Positions 51,384-60,982 of a DNA stretch of 64,000 nt are shown piece after piece. Within the stretch, counting starts at the first letter, position 1; every line of letters starts with the position of its first letter. This stretch comes from Candidatus Daviesbacteria bacterium (GTDB lineage Bacteria > Patescibacteriota > Microgenomatia > Daviesbacterales > UBA10151): NCBI GenBank assembly GCA_016186955.1, contig JACPKP010000003.1:130290-194289 (forward strand), read 5' to 3'. The notes below the pieces were generated by a model that was not told the DNA's origin, made no database searches, and saw nothing but the letters and a program-made list of their open reading frames with translations. Made by a program: the position numbers and the translations under genes.

Positions 51384-51758
51384 TTATGGTGTGGGTAGGA
51401 GTGAATTAACCAGCAGTTGGACTTTGGGGAAATAGGGTGTATCCTTAGCTGAGCAATAAAGTCCAAAAATACAGTGGTCTAATGCTTTGATGTCACTGTC
51501 AATTACATCTTTTCCATAAGTTGCTTCTAAAATAGCAATGTTTATTCCAGTGTAAATACGCCTTCTCCTTACAAAATCCTCCAGTTGAGTTAAATCATCG
51601 GGCGCTTCTGCTTTTGTAGAATTGTTATCCATAAGCTTGGTCAACCTTTCTGTTTCTTTCCTTTGTTTAATCTGGTAAGGCAACTTTCCCTGTCTTTCAA
51701 GAGCCTGGTAGTAATATCTATCGCGCTCACCAAGATTATTGGGATGTTCAGGTTTCAT
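51384..51758 (-). CDS. Hypothetical protein
   Basis: 124-aa ORF, ATGA overlap with upstream gene. Confidence 0.55.
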   Translation of the reverse strand: MKPEHPNNLGERDRYYYQALERQGKLPYQIKQRKETERLTKLMDNNSTKAEAPDDLTQLEDFVRRRRIYTGINIAILEATYGKDVIDSDIKALDHCIFGLYCSAKDTPYFPKVQLLVNSLLPTP

Positions 51759-52126
51759 GGCTTTAAGTTACTTAAAATTTCTTGAGCAGACGGGTAAAAT
51801 TCAGTATTTCTGGTTGAGACATATAAGGCAAGGATTACATTACCAAGTAATTTTTTTTGCTCATCCGGAGTCAAAAAACCGGATTCTGAATAAACATTAT
51901 TCATGAAAGTACTGGCATTATGCATCTTTACGCAGCGGTCCAGCCTTTCCAGAACATCTTTTCTTAAGAAAGGCTGGGAACCATTGGGGGTATCAATACT
52001 CTCAACCACTAACTTCTCTACAAGAGTAGGTATCCTGGTTGGCATTGGTTCTGGCGGCATGGATTCCGCCTCTTCATATTGTGGCGCAAATTCATAAAAA
52101 TCACGGCCGTCTGATTCTCCGCACAT
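51755..52126 (-). CDS. Hypothetical protein
   Basis: 123-aa ORF; C-terminus (LYVSTRNTEFYP) resembles that of its neighbour (LYCSAKDTPYFP). Confidence 0.55.
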   Translation of the reverse strand: MCGESDGRDFYEFAPQYEEAESMPPEPMPTRIPTLVEKLVVESIDTPNGSQPFLRKDVLERLDRCVKMHNASTFMNNVYSESGFLTPDEQKKLLGNVILALYVSTRNTEFYPSAQEILSNLKP

Positions 52127-52212
52127 AATGATACTAAATATACACCATTTATCTTATAGTGTCAAGCATGATAAATATGTTGTTACTCGGCAGTTTGTTG
52201 TATGATAAAAAT

Positions 52213-52932
52213 GTGATTAAGTTTCTGCCGCTGGTTGTGCTGATTGCTACTATTTTAGGGGTTTATGTGTATTTTAATTTTTTTAAAACATCTTCGCCTC
52301 AAAATCCGGTAGCGTCTTTGACCACTACAGTGGATTCGGAGTCTTGGGAAAAAAGGATCAAAACATTGGAAGGTGCACTTGTGCAACTGGCGGATAAGAC
52401 GGGTAACGCCTCTGTTTCCACCAGCATCAATAACTCCTCTCCTATCCTTGCTGTGGATATTGAGTCAAAATTAAATACGCTTGAAGTAAGTGTAGCAGAT
52501 CTCCAAGGAAGAGTGAAACAGCTTGAAGTGGGGACTGCTACTCCAATTAACACCGCACAAACCAAACAATCCCCTGCTTATATCCTGTCTTTGGGGTCAG
52601 GAGATTCAACCAAAGCGACGGATTGGGTGACTGCCTCAAATATTGATATTACAGTTGACCCTGCCAGTTTTCCGGGGCATACCAGTATGCAGCTTGAAGC
52701 GCAAATTAAAGTTTTAAGCGGTAATGGTAAAGTTTTTGCCAGGCTTTATGATTCAGCAGCCGGGACATCTGTGTTATCGTCTGAGGTGTCAACAGCTGCA
52801 GAAAATTACAGCTGGACATCTTCCCAAACATTTACGCTTGGCAGCAGTAAGAAAACGTATAAATTCCAGATTAAGTCTTTGACAGGGTATGAGGCTTACA
52901 TTCAGGGAGCAAGGATTAAAGTCAATTTTTAA
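52213..52932 (+). CDS. Membrane-anchored coiled-coil plus beta-domain protein
   Basis: N-terminal TM, heptad segments; start uncertain. Confidence 0.65.
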   Translation: MIKFLPLVVLIATILGVYVYFNFFKTSSPQNPVASLTTTVDSESWEKRIKTLEGALVQLADKTGNASVSTSINNSSPILAVDIESKLNTLEVSVADLQGRVKQLEVGTATPINTAQTKQSPAYILSLGSGDSTKATDWVTASNIDITVDPASFPGHTSMQLEAQIKVLSGNGKVFARLYDSAAGTSVLSSEVSTAAENYSWTSSQTFTLGSSKKTYKFQIKSLTGYEAYIQGARIKVNF

Positions 52933-52933
52933 G

Positions 52934-53560
52934 ATGGAAAGACGAAGAAGGGTAGATGGTTTAAAAGAAGTCATTGCCGGGGGAAAAGTTTTAGCTTCAG
53001 GAAACATGCTTTGGGCTTACAAAACTTGGGGTGATAAAAGTCTGGTGATGGAGCCGGAGATAAAAGTTAAAAAGTGGTTTGGCGAATTATTTAACCGCTA
53101 TCCATTTACCGAAGATGCAGTTGCCTATTTCCGTACGCTCAATATGGAAGCAGGGGATTTATCCCGAAATCTTGGCGGAGGGTACTGGTATGCAGATAAA
53201 AAACTGGTCCAGATCCATGGGGCTCAGGATGAGGCAGCCATCCATGAGTTATCACATGCATTTTGGGAGCCCCGCAGAAATAAAAGCGCAAAAGACTTAA
53301 TGGCTGCTGTTGTCGGGCTTTCTAAAGATACAGACCCATGCTATCATGTACCCTCCTATTTGGCAAAACTTTACATTAATGGTGACCCAAACCAGCAGGA
53401 TCCAAACAGTCCGACCGGATATTGGAGGGGGATGCTGGTTGAGGGAAACGATACAGAGATGTATGCGGGGTTAAGCTCGGGAATTATGGGGGACATAAAA
53501 AAACTGCCTCCGTATGTAAAGTTATTTTATCAGGAGTTGTTTAATGAGAAGCTATCTTAA
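52934..53560 (+). CDS. Hypothetical zincin-like protein
   Basis: IHELSH and distal TEMYA. Confidence 0.6.
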   Translation: MERRRRVDGLKEVIAGGKVLASGNMLWAYKTWGDKSLVMEPEIKVKKWFGELFNRYPFTEDAVAYFRTLNMEAGDLSRNLGGGYWYADKKLVQIHGAQDEAAIHELSHAFWEPRRNKSAKDLMAAVVGLSKDTDPCYHVPSYLAKLYINGDPNQQDPNSPTGYWRGMLVEGNDTEMYAGLSSGIMGDIKKLPPYVKLFYQELFNEKLS

Positions 53561-53980
53561 ACCGGTTAAAAACTTTATTGCTCCACATAATGTTGCCATG
53601 GAGTTTTTTGCAAAAACTTTGGGGTTGCTGATGTTTCCATAGAGTATTGATGGGGTGAGAAGTTTTGATGGCTTGACTGCACAAATATGTACTTCCTCTT
53701 CCCAGAAGTCATAGTCTCTAATTTCAAGGTTTGCATCCCTTTTCCTGATTGTAAAAAGTTGGGTATCTTCCCTGATAAATTCATCAATGACATCGTAAGA
53801 ATAATTTTTATATTGGAAACGGATGGATTTGTCCGGTCTTTTTAGATTCTCACCTTGAAATAAACTTGCGCTTAGGGCCTGCAAATATTCCGGACGCAAA
53901 ACAAGCCACCTTCTGAAATCCTCAATAACCTTAAATGCATGGATAGTGATAAGCGACTGATCCAATTCAGGAGATATCAT
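53552..53980 (-). CDS. Hypothetical protein
   Basis: ORF from ATG 53980. Confidence 0.5.
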   Translation of the reverse strand: MISPELDQSLITIHAFKVIEDFRRWLVLRPEYLQALSASLFQGENLKRPDKSIRFQYKNYSYDVIDEFIREDTQLFTIRKRDANLEIRDYDFWEEEVHICAVKPSKLLTPSILYGNISNPKVFAKNSMATLCGAIKFLTGLR

Positions 53981-54029
53981 CAACACCAGATTACTGCAGC
54001 TTTTAAATTTTTGCAATGGCTATTTTTAA

Positions 54030-54066
54030 ATGAAAAAGCCCCCCGCTGCACGAAGCATTGGGGGGT
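54030..54066 (-). terminator. Intrinsic terminator
   Basis: CCCCCC...GGGGGC-TTTTTC hairpin on the minus strand. Confidence 0.55.
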
Positions 54067-54078
54067 GTTTGTGCCCGT

Positions 54079-54177
54079 CTAGTGGAGGCCGGGAACTTTG
54101 ATGGTTCCCGAAATTACCAGCACAAACAGTGCAAATACGGTATATGCTACCGCAAACACTGTTGCATAGAAATCCAT
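54079..54177 (-). CDS. 32-aa single-TM small protein
   Basis: AGGAGG 6 nt before ATG; MDFYATVFAVAYTVFALFVLVISGTIKVPGLH; terminator follows. Confidence 0.6.
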   Translation of the reverse strand: MDFYATVFAVAYTVFALFVLVISGTIKVPGLH

Positions 54178-54200
54178 TGAGCCCTCCTGTTTTTTGAGAG

Positions 54201-54878
54201 CTATTCCCTCCAGCCTTTTGGAGGCGGACAACCCGGACCCGGCCCGTCTGCCGGGAAGGGGTTCGGCGAAGATTGATTTCTTCCACCAACATTGATGCCG
54301 ATTGCCCTTAGATTTTCTGCGGTATCATACCGCAGGGTCAAAAGGGCTGCCCGGTGTTCCTCACGGTAGAAGCGCACCCGTGTGACTTCATGTTCGGTTT
54401 GCCGGCCAAAGCCGGTGCCGATACTACCCTTTGTGCCACCTAATAGGGGACCGAAATCACCGCGGGTGTTTTCCAACAGCGGGTAGCGGTAATGTGGCCG
54501 CTCATAGTAGAAAGCGGCCCCGATGACTCCGATGTTCTCCGGTTTGCCCATCTTTGAGGCATAGGCCTCAGGAAGGGTGTCAAAGAGAAAGTGGGCGACG
54601 TCTTGGTCGTCCAACCGCCAGCCCGGGACATCCAGGTGGCTTTCAGGCTCCAGGATGTACCCTGAGCCGTTTTGGCTGGCACGCTGGCCAGTCATTACCG
54701 ACAACCCATCAACACTTAGGATAACCAAGGCTCTCCGATGCGACCAGTTACACACCCTTAGGGTGTATTCATCACCCGGCCGGCCTTCGACAAAGACCGA
54801 GCCTTCGTGGCGGTACTCCCGGGTAGCCACACTGTCTACGATGACAGCAAGGGACAGTTTTCCATCTGGAGAAAGCAA
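54201..54878 (-). CDS. Conserved-looking hypothetical protein, GC-rich
   Basis: Y.LRV.N, LSVDG, GY, GWR, GVIGAAF; AAGGAG before TTG. Confidence 0.7.
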   Translation of the reverse strand: MLSPDGKLSLAVIVDSVATREYRHEGSVFVEGRPGDEYTLRVCNWSHRRALVILSVDGLSVMTGQRASQNGSGYILEPESHLDVPGWRLDDQDVAHFLFDTLPEAYASKMGKPENIGVIGAAFYYERPHYRYPLLENTRGDFGPLLGGTKGSIGTGFGRQTEHEVTRVRFYREEHRAALLTLRYDTAENLRAIGINVGGRNQSSPNPFPADGPGPGCPPPKGWRE

Positions 54879-55085
54879 TTTTGGCTCCTTGGGATTTTAG
54901 TCTTGCCGATCAACCTTCCGCGACCGATGTTTTTTACCTCCATTTAATCTTACGGATGGCTGATGACTTGCCGGATGCAAAAATTACACCCGAAAAGCCA
55001 TCATCCATGCGTTTAGATCTTTTTTAAAGTGCGGGCAAGGAAAAATTATAACAGAATGGATTAAATTGTTCAAACTTGAATGTTG

Positions 55086-55691
55086 TTAATAAGCTGTAAT
55101 TGCGACTCCAAAGCTGTTTTGGGCGTAGACACAACCCCAGACATACTCGCCTCCTGCCACCAACGCTTTATGGCCCAAAGTGTGTTCCCAGGCAGCAACA
55201 GTTTCAGCTGGAGTAAGATAGCCTACAACCAAAAATTCACTGATGTTGGAAAATTTTTGGGCCATGGGGGCGACATCAGACCTTTTTAGGGTGGTTTCAA
55301 AGCCTTGATGGCCGTCCAGTTTGCCCAGTTCAAGCAGCTGGTTGAGCCTGATTGAGGCGATGGTGCAAAGTTCACTCCTTTGTTGTAGGGCGTTTACCCC
55401 GTTTTCTATCCTTCTTTTGTTGACAGCATCCCAAAGCTCAGGTCCGCCCCAGGCGATTTTTACAGGAAGGGGTTGGTAAATAGGTTGAGGGGTGGTGATC
55501 GTTGGAGCAGTTTGTTTCAGACTACTACGCTGCCTGCAGTCTTCCCTGGTAGTAAAAACCTGTTTTCCATTAATATAACATTCAATTGTGCCTGATTTTG
55601 GCTGGCCCAAAAAATTTGCAGCCAAAATTGCCAAAATAACAATTAAAATTAAATAATGTAACCTCATAATGATTTTATACAGCTTTCTCAA
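55086..55691 (-). CDS. CAP/SCP domain protein
   Basis: VN..R..NGV..L, H.GF, E, W..T.GH. Confidence 0.75.
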   Translation of the reverse strand: MRKLYKIIMRLHYLILIVILAILAANFLGQPKSGTIECYINGKQVFTTREDCRQRSSLKQTAPTITTPQPIYQPLPVKIAWGGPELWDAVNKRRIENGVNALQQRSELCTIASIRLNQLLELGKLDGHQGFETTLKRSDVAPMAQKFSNISEFLVVGYLTPAETVAAWEHTLGHKALVAGGEYVWGCVYAQNSFGVAITAY

Positions 55692-55720
55692 TCCTCAACC
55701 TGCTTATAGCTTGGGTTGAT

Positions 55721-56611
55721 TCAAAAAATACCTTCTTGTCTCCAGTTCTTTGACACTCTTGTCCTGTGTACCTTATCTATTTTTGACGCATCCTTTATTA
55801 TTTTGGCTTCTGCCCCAATAATTACCTGTTGTTTTCTGTGGTCGACAAGTTTTGTAAAAGAGTTGAAAATACCGAGCCATTGCTCAAAAGTAAGCTGTGT
55901 AGGTGTTACATTATCGTTTTGATGTAACTCCCTGCTAATAATCGAATACTGGGTAGAAGAAAAGATATTTTGCAGCCCTTTCTTCAAGTTTGGGATTGAT
56001 CTGTTGAAAGTAAAAGCCACAAAGTTCTTGTATATTTGCTTTTGGTCGTTGGTAATTAGAGCCTCCTTTCGTTTCTGAATCCTCAATAATACAATGCTTA
56101 CATTTGGTTCAGGTATAAAATCTGAAGAACTGAATTGATGAGTAATTGAAAATTCATACCAGGGCTTGTTTAGGACGGAGAATAATGTTTCTTTGCTCAC
56201 GGTTCCAGCAAATTTCAGGGCGGCTTCTCGTTGGATAATCAAGTAACAGTCATTGGGCGGTGTATGGGCATATATGAGCTTTCTGATAATATCTGCAGTG
56301 ATATTGAAGGGGATATTTGAAAAGACTTTATATTCATAGTTTGGGAGGTTATAAGCGAGAATGTTAGCGCTTTGAACTTGAACATTTTGATAATGTTGGA
56401 ATTTTGTCCGTAGATTATTGACTAAGCGGGGATCAGATTCTATTGCAACAACATTTTTGCAATGCGAGGCAAGAACTTCTGTGATAATTCCTTTACCCGA
56501 ACCGATCTCAAATACGACATCATTTTGAGCCAATGATGAATTATCCACCAATTCCTGAATGAGTCTTTTGTCTTTCAGAAAGTTTTGTGAGTATCTGATA
56601 CTTTTCCTCAT
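55721..56611 (-). CDS. erm: Erm-family rRNA adenine N6-methyltransferase
   Basis: IRYSQNFL, EIGSGKG, FSNIPFNIT, F.P.P.V, LTFEQW..IF. Confidence 0.8.
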   Translation of the reverse strand: MRKSIRYSQNFLKDKRLIQELVDNSSLAQNDVVFEIGSGKGIITEVLASHCKNVVAIESDPRLVNNLRTKFQHYQNVQVQSANILAYNLPNYEYKVFSNIPFNITADIIRKLIYAHTPPNDCYLIIQREAALKFAGTVSKETLFSVLNKPWYEFSITHQFSSSDFIPEPNVSIVLLRIQKRKEALITNDQKQIYKNFVAFTFNRSIPNLKKGLQNIFSSTQYSIISRELHQNDNVTPTQLTFEQWLGIFNSFTKLVDHRKQQVIIGAEAKIIKDASKIDKVHRTRVSKNWRQEGIF

Positions 56612-56662
56612 ATCTTTATGACTAGTTCAAGCAGGCTTGCTAAGAATCGAACCCGGAAAGTG

Positions 56663-56735
56663 CACGGGTGCAGGGAATCGAACCCCGAACCGCTGGTTTT
56701 GGAGACCAGTGCTCTACCAATTGAGCTACACCCGT
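56663..56735 (-). tRNA. tRNA-Trp(CCA)
   Basis: ACGGGTG/CACCCGT acceptor, CTGGT-CTCCAAA-ACCAG, TTCGATT loop. Confidence 0.95.
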
Positions 56736-56784
56736 ATGTAGGAATTATACTAGAAAAAGGATAAAGGGGGAAGCGAACCTATTC

Positions 56785-57408
56785 TTAGCTTTCCGGTCCC
56801 GTAGAAGAAGTTATTAGGTATTTTGCCCGTTCTTTGAAAAATGGCATAATTGTTTTTCCTATGTAAGGTAATGCCCCGGAAGATTCAAGCAGGCTAGTCA
56901 TCATTTCAGGCATACGGGTTGTATATCTTTCAAAAAACATACCAAAAGTTTTATCGGAACTGATACAATCATACATCAGTTTTAACTGTTCACCGGGAAT
57001 TTCTTCAAATTCCTTAGCCACCTTTGCCGGGGAAAGCGATGTTCCGCTGATTGCCAAATTGTAGCGGCCGCACCAATCCTGTATATCAAACCCTCTGTTT
57101 ACCAGCATATCTTCCAGCGAGTTTATAGTAACCCCGGTAACTATTGCTGCATGGTGGGCCCGGATTGATTGTTTAGTTTCCTCAGGCAAAGCAAGATAGG
57201 ATTGTTCACAAAGCGGTTGTTTTATTCCTGAGTGTTCCAGACTGGTTATTAGTTCCCTTAAACCTTCGCTTCCTGCCTGGGTAAGTTTGTCTGCTAAAAA
57301 TACCACCAGTGACGCTCCCTTTTTGAGCTCCTTTTCCTGCTTGGCTGCCACTATTTTACGCAAATTTGGATCAGCTGAATAATTTTCCTTAAACTCTTGG
57401 ATATTCAT
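56785..57408 (-). CDS. Hypothetical protein
   Basis: 207-aa ORF directly after rpmG. Confidence 0.6.
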   Translation of the reverse strand: MNIQEFKENYSADPNLRKIVAAKQEKELKKGASLVVFLADKLTQAGSEGLRELITSLEHSGIKQPLCEQSYLALPEETKQSIRAHHAAIVTGVTINSLEDMLVNRGFDIQDWCGRYNLAISGTSLSPAKVAKEFEEIPGEQLKLMYDCISSDKTFGMFFERYTTRMPEMMTSLLESSGALPYIGKTIMPFFKERAKYLITSSTGPES

Positions 57409-57413
57409 AAAGG

Positions 57414-57587
57414 TTATTTAAGTTTTGTAAACTCGTTGTGGATCTGGACTTTTCGGCATTTGCGGCAGAATTTTTTTAAACTTAATTTTTCTTTGGTGTT
57501 GACGGTATTTTTGGATGTGACATAATTTCTGCTTTTGCAGACAGAACACTCCAACCCTAAATCGATGCGGTTTGCTTTTTTAGCCAT
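57414..57587 (-). CDS. rpmG: 50S ribosomal protein L33 (zinc-ribbon type)
   Basis: MAKKANR...LECSVC..RNY...KN......L.LKKFC..C; own TTGCAA-18-TATAAT promoter. Confidence 0.92.
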   Translation of the reverse strand: MAKKANRIDLGLECSVCKSRNYVTSKNTVNTKEKLSLKKFCRKCRKVQIHNEFTKLK

Positions 57588-58472
57588 AGTTTGCAAATTA
57601 TACACGAAGGAGAGCCTCTTTTGCAACTGCCAGTTGTGAAGATTAGCGCTTACAAAATAAAAAACAGCTGCATAAAATGCCCCAACTACCACATCTATAG
57701 CGTAATGTTCCCCCAAATAAATTATGGAAATCCAAACAGCCAGAACATAAGGGGAAAAAAGTAAAGCCTTCAATTTAAAGAATTTTAGGGCAAACAGGAA
57801 AACAAGAAAGGGATATGCTGCATGCATTGAAGGCATTGCCGCAACAGGGTTTGGGTTGAAATTATGATAAATGGTTGGCAGGTTAAGTCTTTCAGGAAAG
57901 TTTTTGAGTGTTAGGTCCATGATTTTGGTTACTCCCTGCAGAAACCCGCGTTCGCCGGCAAGCCAGGGTGGAGCTGCAGGAAATGCAAGATAAGTCAGCC
58001 AGCCTGCATACGAAAGAAGCAAAATACCTGTGGTAAACTCTTTAAACTGATTTTTATTTTTTAGCCAGAGTATAAAACCAAAACTTAAAGGAAGCGCAAA
58101 ATGCAGAAAGTAGAGTATTGTTGCAAGAAAATCATACCAGGACAGGAAACCCGGATGGAAAAAGATTTTCTGCAACTCTATCGTCGGTATAAAACCAAAG
58201 ATTGTTTTATCAGCTCCGATAAGTTCAACATAATGCACTTGGGTATTAAGTTTATCGGCAAAACTCCGCAGGAAATCATATGAGATAAGGATAAATAAAA
58301 AGGGCAGCCAGTCAAGGATAAAACTTCTGGTTTTTTTAACAAGCAGGCTGCCCAAAAGCAGTACAAAAGCATATCTGTCCGGTGAAATTCCGATGCCTTG
58401 CCAGATCATCAATGCAGTAGAAATTGTGATATAAAGGGTAAAAAGTGAAATGTTAAAGATGCGGTGCTTCAT
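57414..58472 (-). CDS. PAP2/AUR1-like membrane phosphoesterase reading in frame into L33
   Basis: FPAAPPW, AMPSMH, LGEHY.ID; no stop codon before the rpmG ATG. Confidence 0.85.
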   Translation of the reverse strand: MKHRIFNISLFTLYITISTALMIWQGIGISPDRYAFVLLLGSLLVKKTRSFILDWLPFLFILISYDFLRSFADKLNTQVHYVELIGADKTIFGFIPTIELQKIFFHPGFLSWYDFLATILYFLHFALPLSFGFILWLKNKNQFKEFTTGILLLSYAGWLTYLAFPAAPPWLAGERGFLQGVTKIMDLTLKNFPERLNLPTIYHNFNPNPVAAMPSMHAAYPFLVFLFALKFFKLKALLFSPYVLAVWISIIYLGEHYAIDVVVGAFYAAVFYFVSANLHNWQLQKRLSFVYNLQTMAKKANRIDLGLECSVCKSRNYVTSKNTVNTKEKLSLKKFCRKCRKVQIHNEFTKLK

Positions 58473-58533
58473 AAAAAAATAATTATATCATTTAATCAAA
58501 CTCAAATGAGTGAAAAGTGATATATTTAAAAAT

Positions 58534-59280
58534 ATGTCTGACTTATTACCTGAATTAAGGAATGAAATAAAAATTAACCACAAAGCGAAAACAGCAGCTA
58601 TAAATGAAGCAAAAAGTTTCCATCAAGAAAGATTACTAAGAATTGTCAATACCCCTCTTACTGAGTATAATTTTTCTCCCGGAGAAGCAGCCTTACAGAG
58701 ACGGATAGAAAAAAGGTTTCAAACCCTAGCTTCGCAAAGTAAATCAGATAGCGGCATTTTCTTGAGAGAATTAGAAAATACTGGAGTTGTCATAATAAAT
58801 ACATCTCAATATTTGGAATATCTTCGACGTCTTAGAGTTGAACGTGGACGTTTTGACCCTGATCGACAGGAAACTCAAGCGGTTTATGTGACAAATGAGG
58901 ATATTCTTAGTTTTTTTGAAAGATTCAAAACAAAACTGCCCGAAGATGTTCAGCAGGAACTTGAACAAGTAACACAGGGAAAAAATGGAGTTATATTTTT
59001 AGGAAATAATCCACCCGCCTTAGTTCAATGGCATGAAGGAACCCATGCAATCCAACATTTAGAAGGGTGGAATTTTCGAAACAGCGGAAAGTATAAAACT
59101 GAAATGGGAGTAAACATCATTGTATTAAAAGCCCATGAGGATAAAATTTTAGGCGGTGTTTCGAGTGGAGATTATTACGTCCACCAAGACGGATTTAGTA
59201 AACCAATAGTGGTGCCAAAAACAAATGATATATATAAAGAACTTGAGGATTTTGAAAGAAATGCTGCCTCTCGCGGCTAA
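58534..59280 (+). CDS. Hypothetical protein with HExxH motif
   Basis: WHEGTH..Q...E. Confidence 0.55.
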   Translation: MSDLLPELRNEIKINHKAKTAAINEAKSFHQERLLRIVNTPLTEYNFSPGEAALQRRIEKRFQTLASQSKSDSGIFLRELENTGVVIINTSQYLEYLRRLRVERGRFDPDRQETQAVYVTNEDILSFFERFKTKLPEDVQQELEQVTQGKNGVIFLGNNPPALVQWHEGTHAIQHLEGWNFRNSGKYKTEMGVNIIVLKAHEDKILGGVSSGDYYVHQDGFSKPIVVPKTNDIYKELEDFERNAASRG

Positions 59281-59422
59281 AATCCACGAGTTCGATTAAA
59301 TTTGTATGGAGCGGGTAACCGTACTTCGCTCGAACCTGTTGGATTATATCACTTCTAAATTAGGACTAGAGTTAGAATTTCTCAAGAATCACTTAGGAAT
59401 TAAAAGTTTCAAAAAATAGTAG

Positions 59423-59815
59423 CTACTTTTTATAACCTAGCTTATAGATAGCATACAAAGCTGGTAATCCGAGGATGATAGAAGCTAATACCCCAAAATC
59501 TCCACTTGTGGAATTGGATACCTCTGAACTATTTTTGAAAAGAACTTGTAGGAAATCGAGTGATTGCCCCAAAAATAGATGATATAAAAGATCGAGAGAC
59601 CAAAAAATAGTCAAATACCAAAATAATATTTTCCAAATTTGACTTCGGAAAACTTCTTTTTTGATAACATATGCATAAGCCCCGATAACAATAAGTATAG
59701 ATTCTGCTACTCCTCTCCAATCAGCAAATGTTAATGAAGTTAAAGGGGGAACACTACCTATAAAAGCAACCATTGTTAGTATAAGTAATGCCCAAAAATA
59801 TATTTTCCACCACAT
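59423..59815 (-). CDS. Hypothetical membrane protein
   Basis: Four hydrophobic segments. Confidence 0.6.
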   Translation of the reverse strand: MWWKIYFWALLILTMVAFIGSVPPLTSLTFADWRGVAESILIVIGAYAYVIKKEVFRSQIWKILFWYLTIFWSLDLLYHLFLGQSLDFLQVLFKNSSEVSNSTSGDFGVLASIILGLPALYAIYKLGYKK

Positions 59816-60069
59816 ATTGATTTTATTATTTCCCTATTTAAATACAAAGTCAAGGAGTGGTTAATAAGCAAGTGGATGTTTGTAGATTATTATACCTTCT
59901 GTACATTTCTGTAAATAACTGTCAATTGGAGCTCCTGACGTGGTCTTAGCTAGACTGCCAGGATTCATCAGATTGTTCCTGTCTGACGGTCTATTACCGG
60001 ATTTAGTTTATGCTTTAGGTCTAAAAAATGCATAAGTATGCATATTAGAAATAAATACTACAATTTTAA

Positions 60070-60366
60070 TTATCTAAACCTAATCTCTAGATGAGAATTT
60101 AAAGCTTGAGCTAATTTTTTTAAGAAGGCAACAGATGGATTAGCACGGCCTGATTCAAGCCTGGAAATAACTGATTGTTTAGTACCAATCTTTTGAGCCA
60201 ACTCTTTTTGAGTTACTCCTTCTTTAACCCTCGCATCTATAACTGCTTGAATCATAGCAAATTCAGGCTGAAGTTTATCATATTCAGCCTTTATTTTGGG
60301 GTTTTTGAGAGATTCTTTTTCCCAAACTTCAAAATCTAGATGTTTTCTATCATTGGGCTTGATCAT
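60070..60366 (-). CDS. HigA-like XRE antitoxin
   Basis: TQKELAQKIGTKQSVISRLESG. Confidence 0.88.
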   Translation of the reverse strand: MIKPNDRKHLDFEVWEKESLKNPKIKAEYDKLQPEFAMIQAVIDARVKEGVTQKELAQKIGTKQSVISRLESGRANPSVAFLKKLAQALNSHLEIRFR

Positions 60367-60378
60367 ATAGCATATATG

Positions 60379-60594
60379 CTATACTAATTCTCCTATTCTG
60401 TCAAGGGCTGTTTTTATTTCCTGATTGTCTTGAATTTTTTTAATGTAGGGTGGTTTTAAAAATGGTCCATTGTTAGCAAGAAGTCTGATAGCATGCAAAG
60501 CTTTTGCGTAAGTAGCTTCATCTTGTTTCTCTATAAAGTCTTTGGTTGGAGAATCACCTCTTGAAGTTTGAAAGAATTTTACTTTCCAAGCCAT
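60379..60594 (-). pseudogene. HigB/RelE (Gp49-like) toxin with internal in-frame deletion
   Basis: N-terminus (V.FF...G.SP..DFI, PYIKKI) joined directly to the terminal helix (EIKTALDR). Confidence 0.7.
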
Positions 60595-60911
60595 ATATCA
60601 AATAATAACATAAAAACTTAGGGGTAAAATTGCGATCCTCATGGCTAAGATGAATCATCACAATCGTTTACCCTGAGCGAAGTCGAAGGGCTCACTAACA
60701 ATAAGGCTTGTCCCGCCGAAGTTTTTAAACGAAGGAGGATACTTTCACCACAAGGATCATTCGGTATTTGGATTTTACAATAATTTTAGGATACATTACA
60801 ATAGGATTGTGAGTGAAACTACTGTTGCGAATATCGAAACTCCGGTAACTCCCGATGTAAGCTGGATCAAAGGAGCAAATCCATTTCTATCAGCTGTTAT
60901 GAGAAAACACT

Positions 60912-60930
60912 TGGAGCCGATGACGGGAAT
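60912..60930 (-). repeat. Duplicated 3' end of tRNA-Thr(GGT), att-like
   Basis: GAGCCGATGACGGGAAT at 60914-60930 and 60982-60998. Confidence 0.8.
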
Positions 60931-60982
60931 GAGCCTTCGAAAACTCGTCTCTTCCCGCCTTGTCTCACTCACTTTGTTCTTG

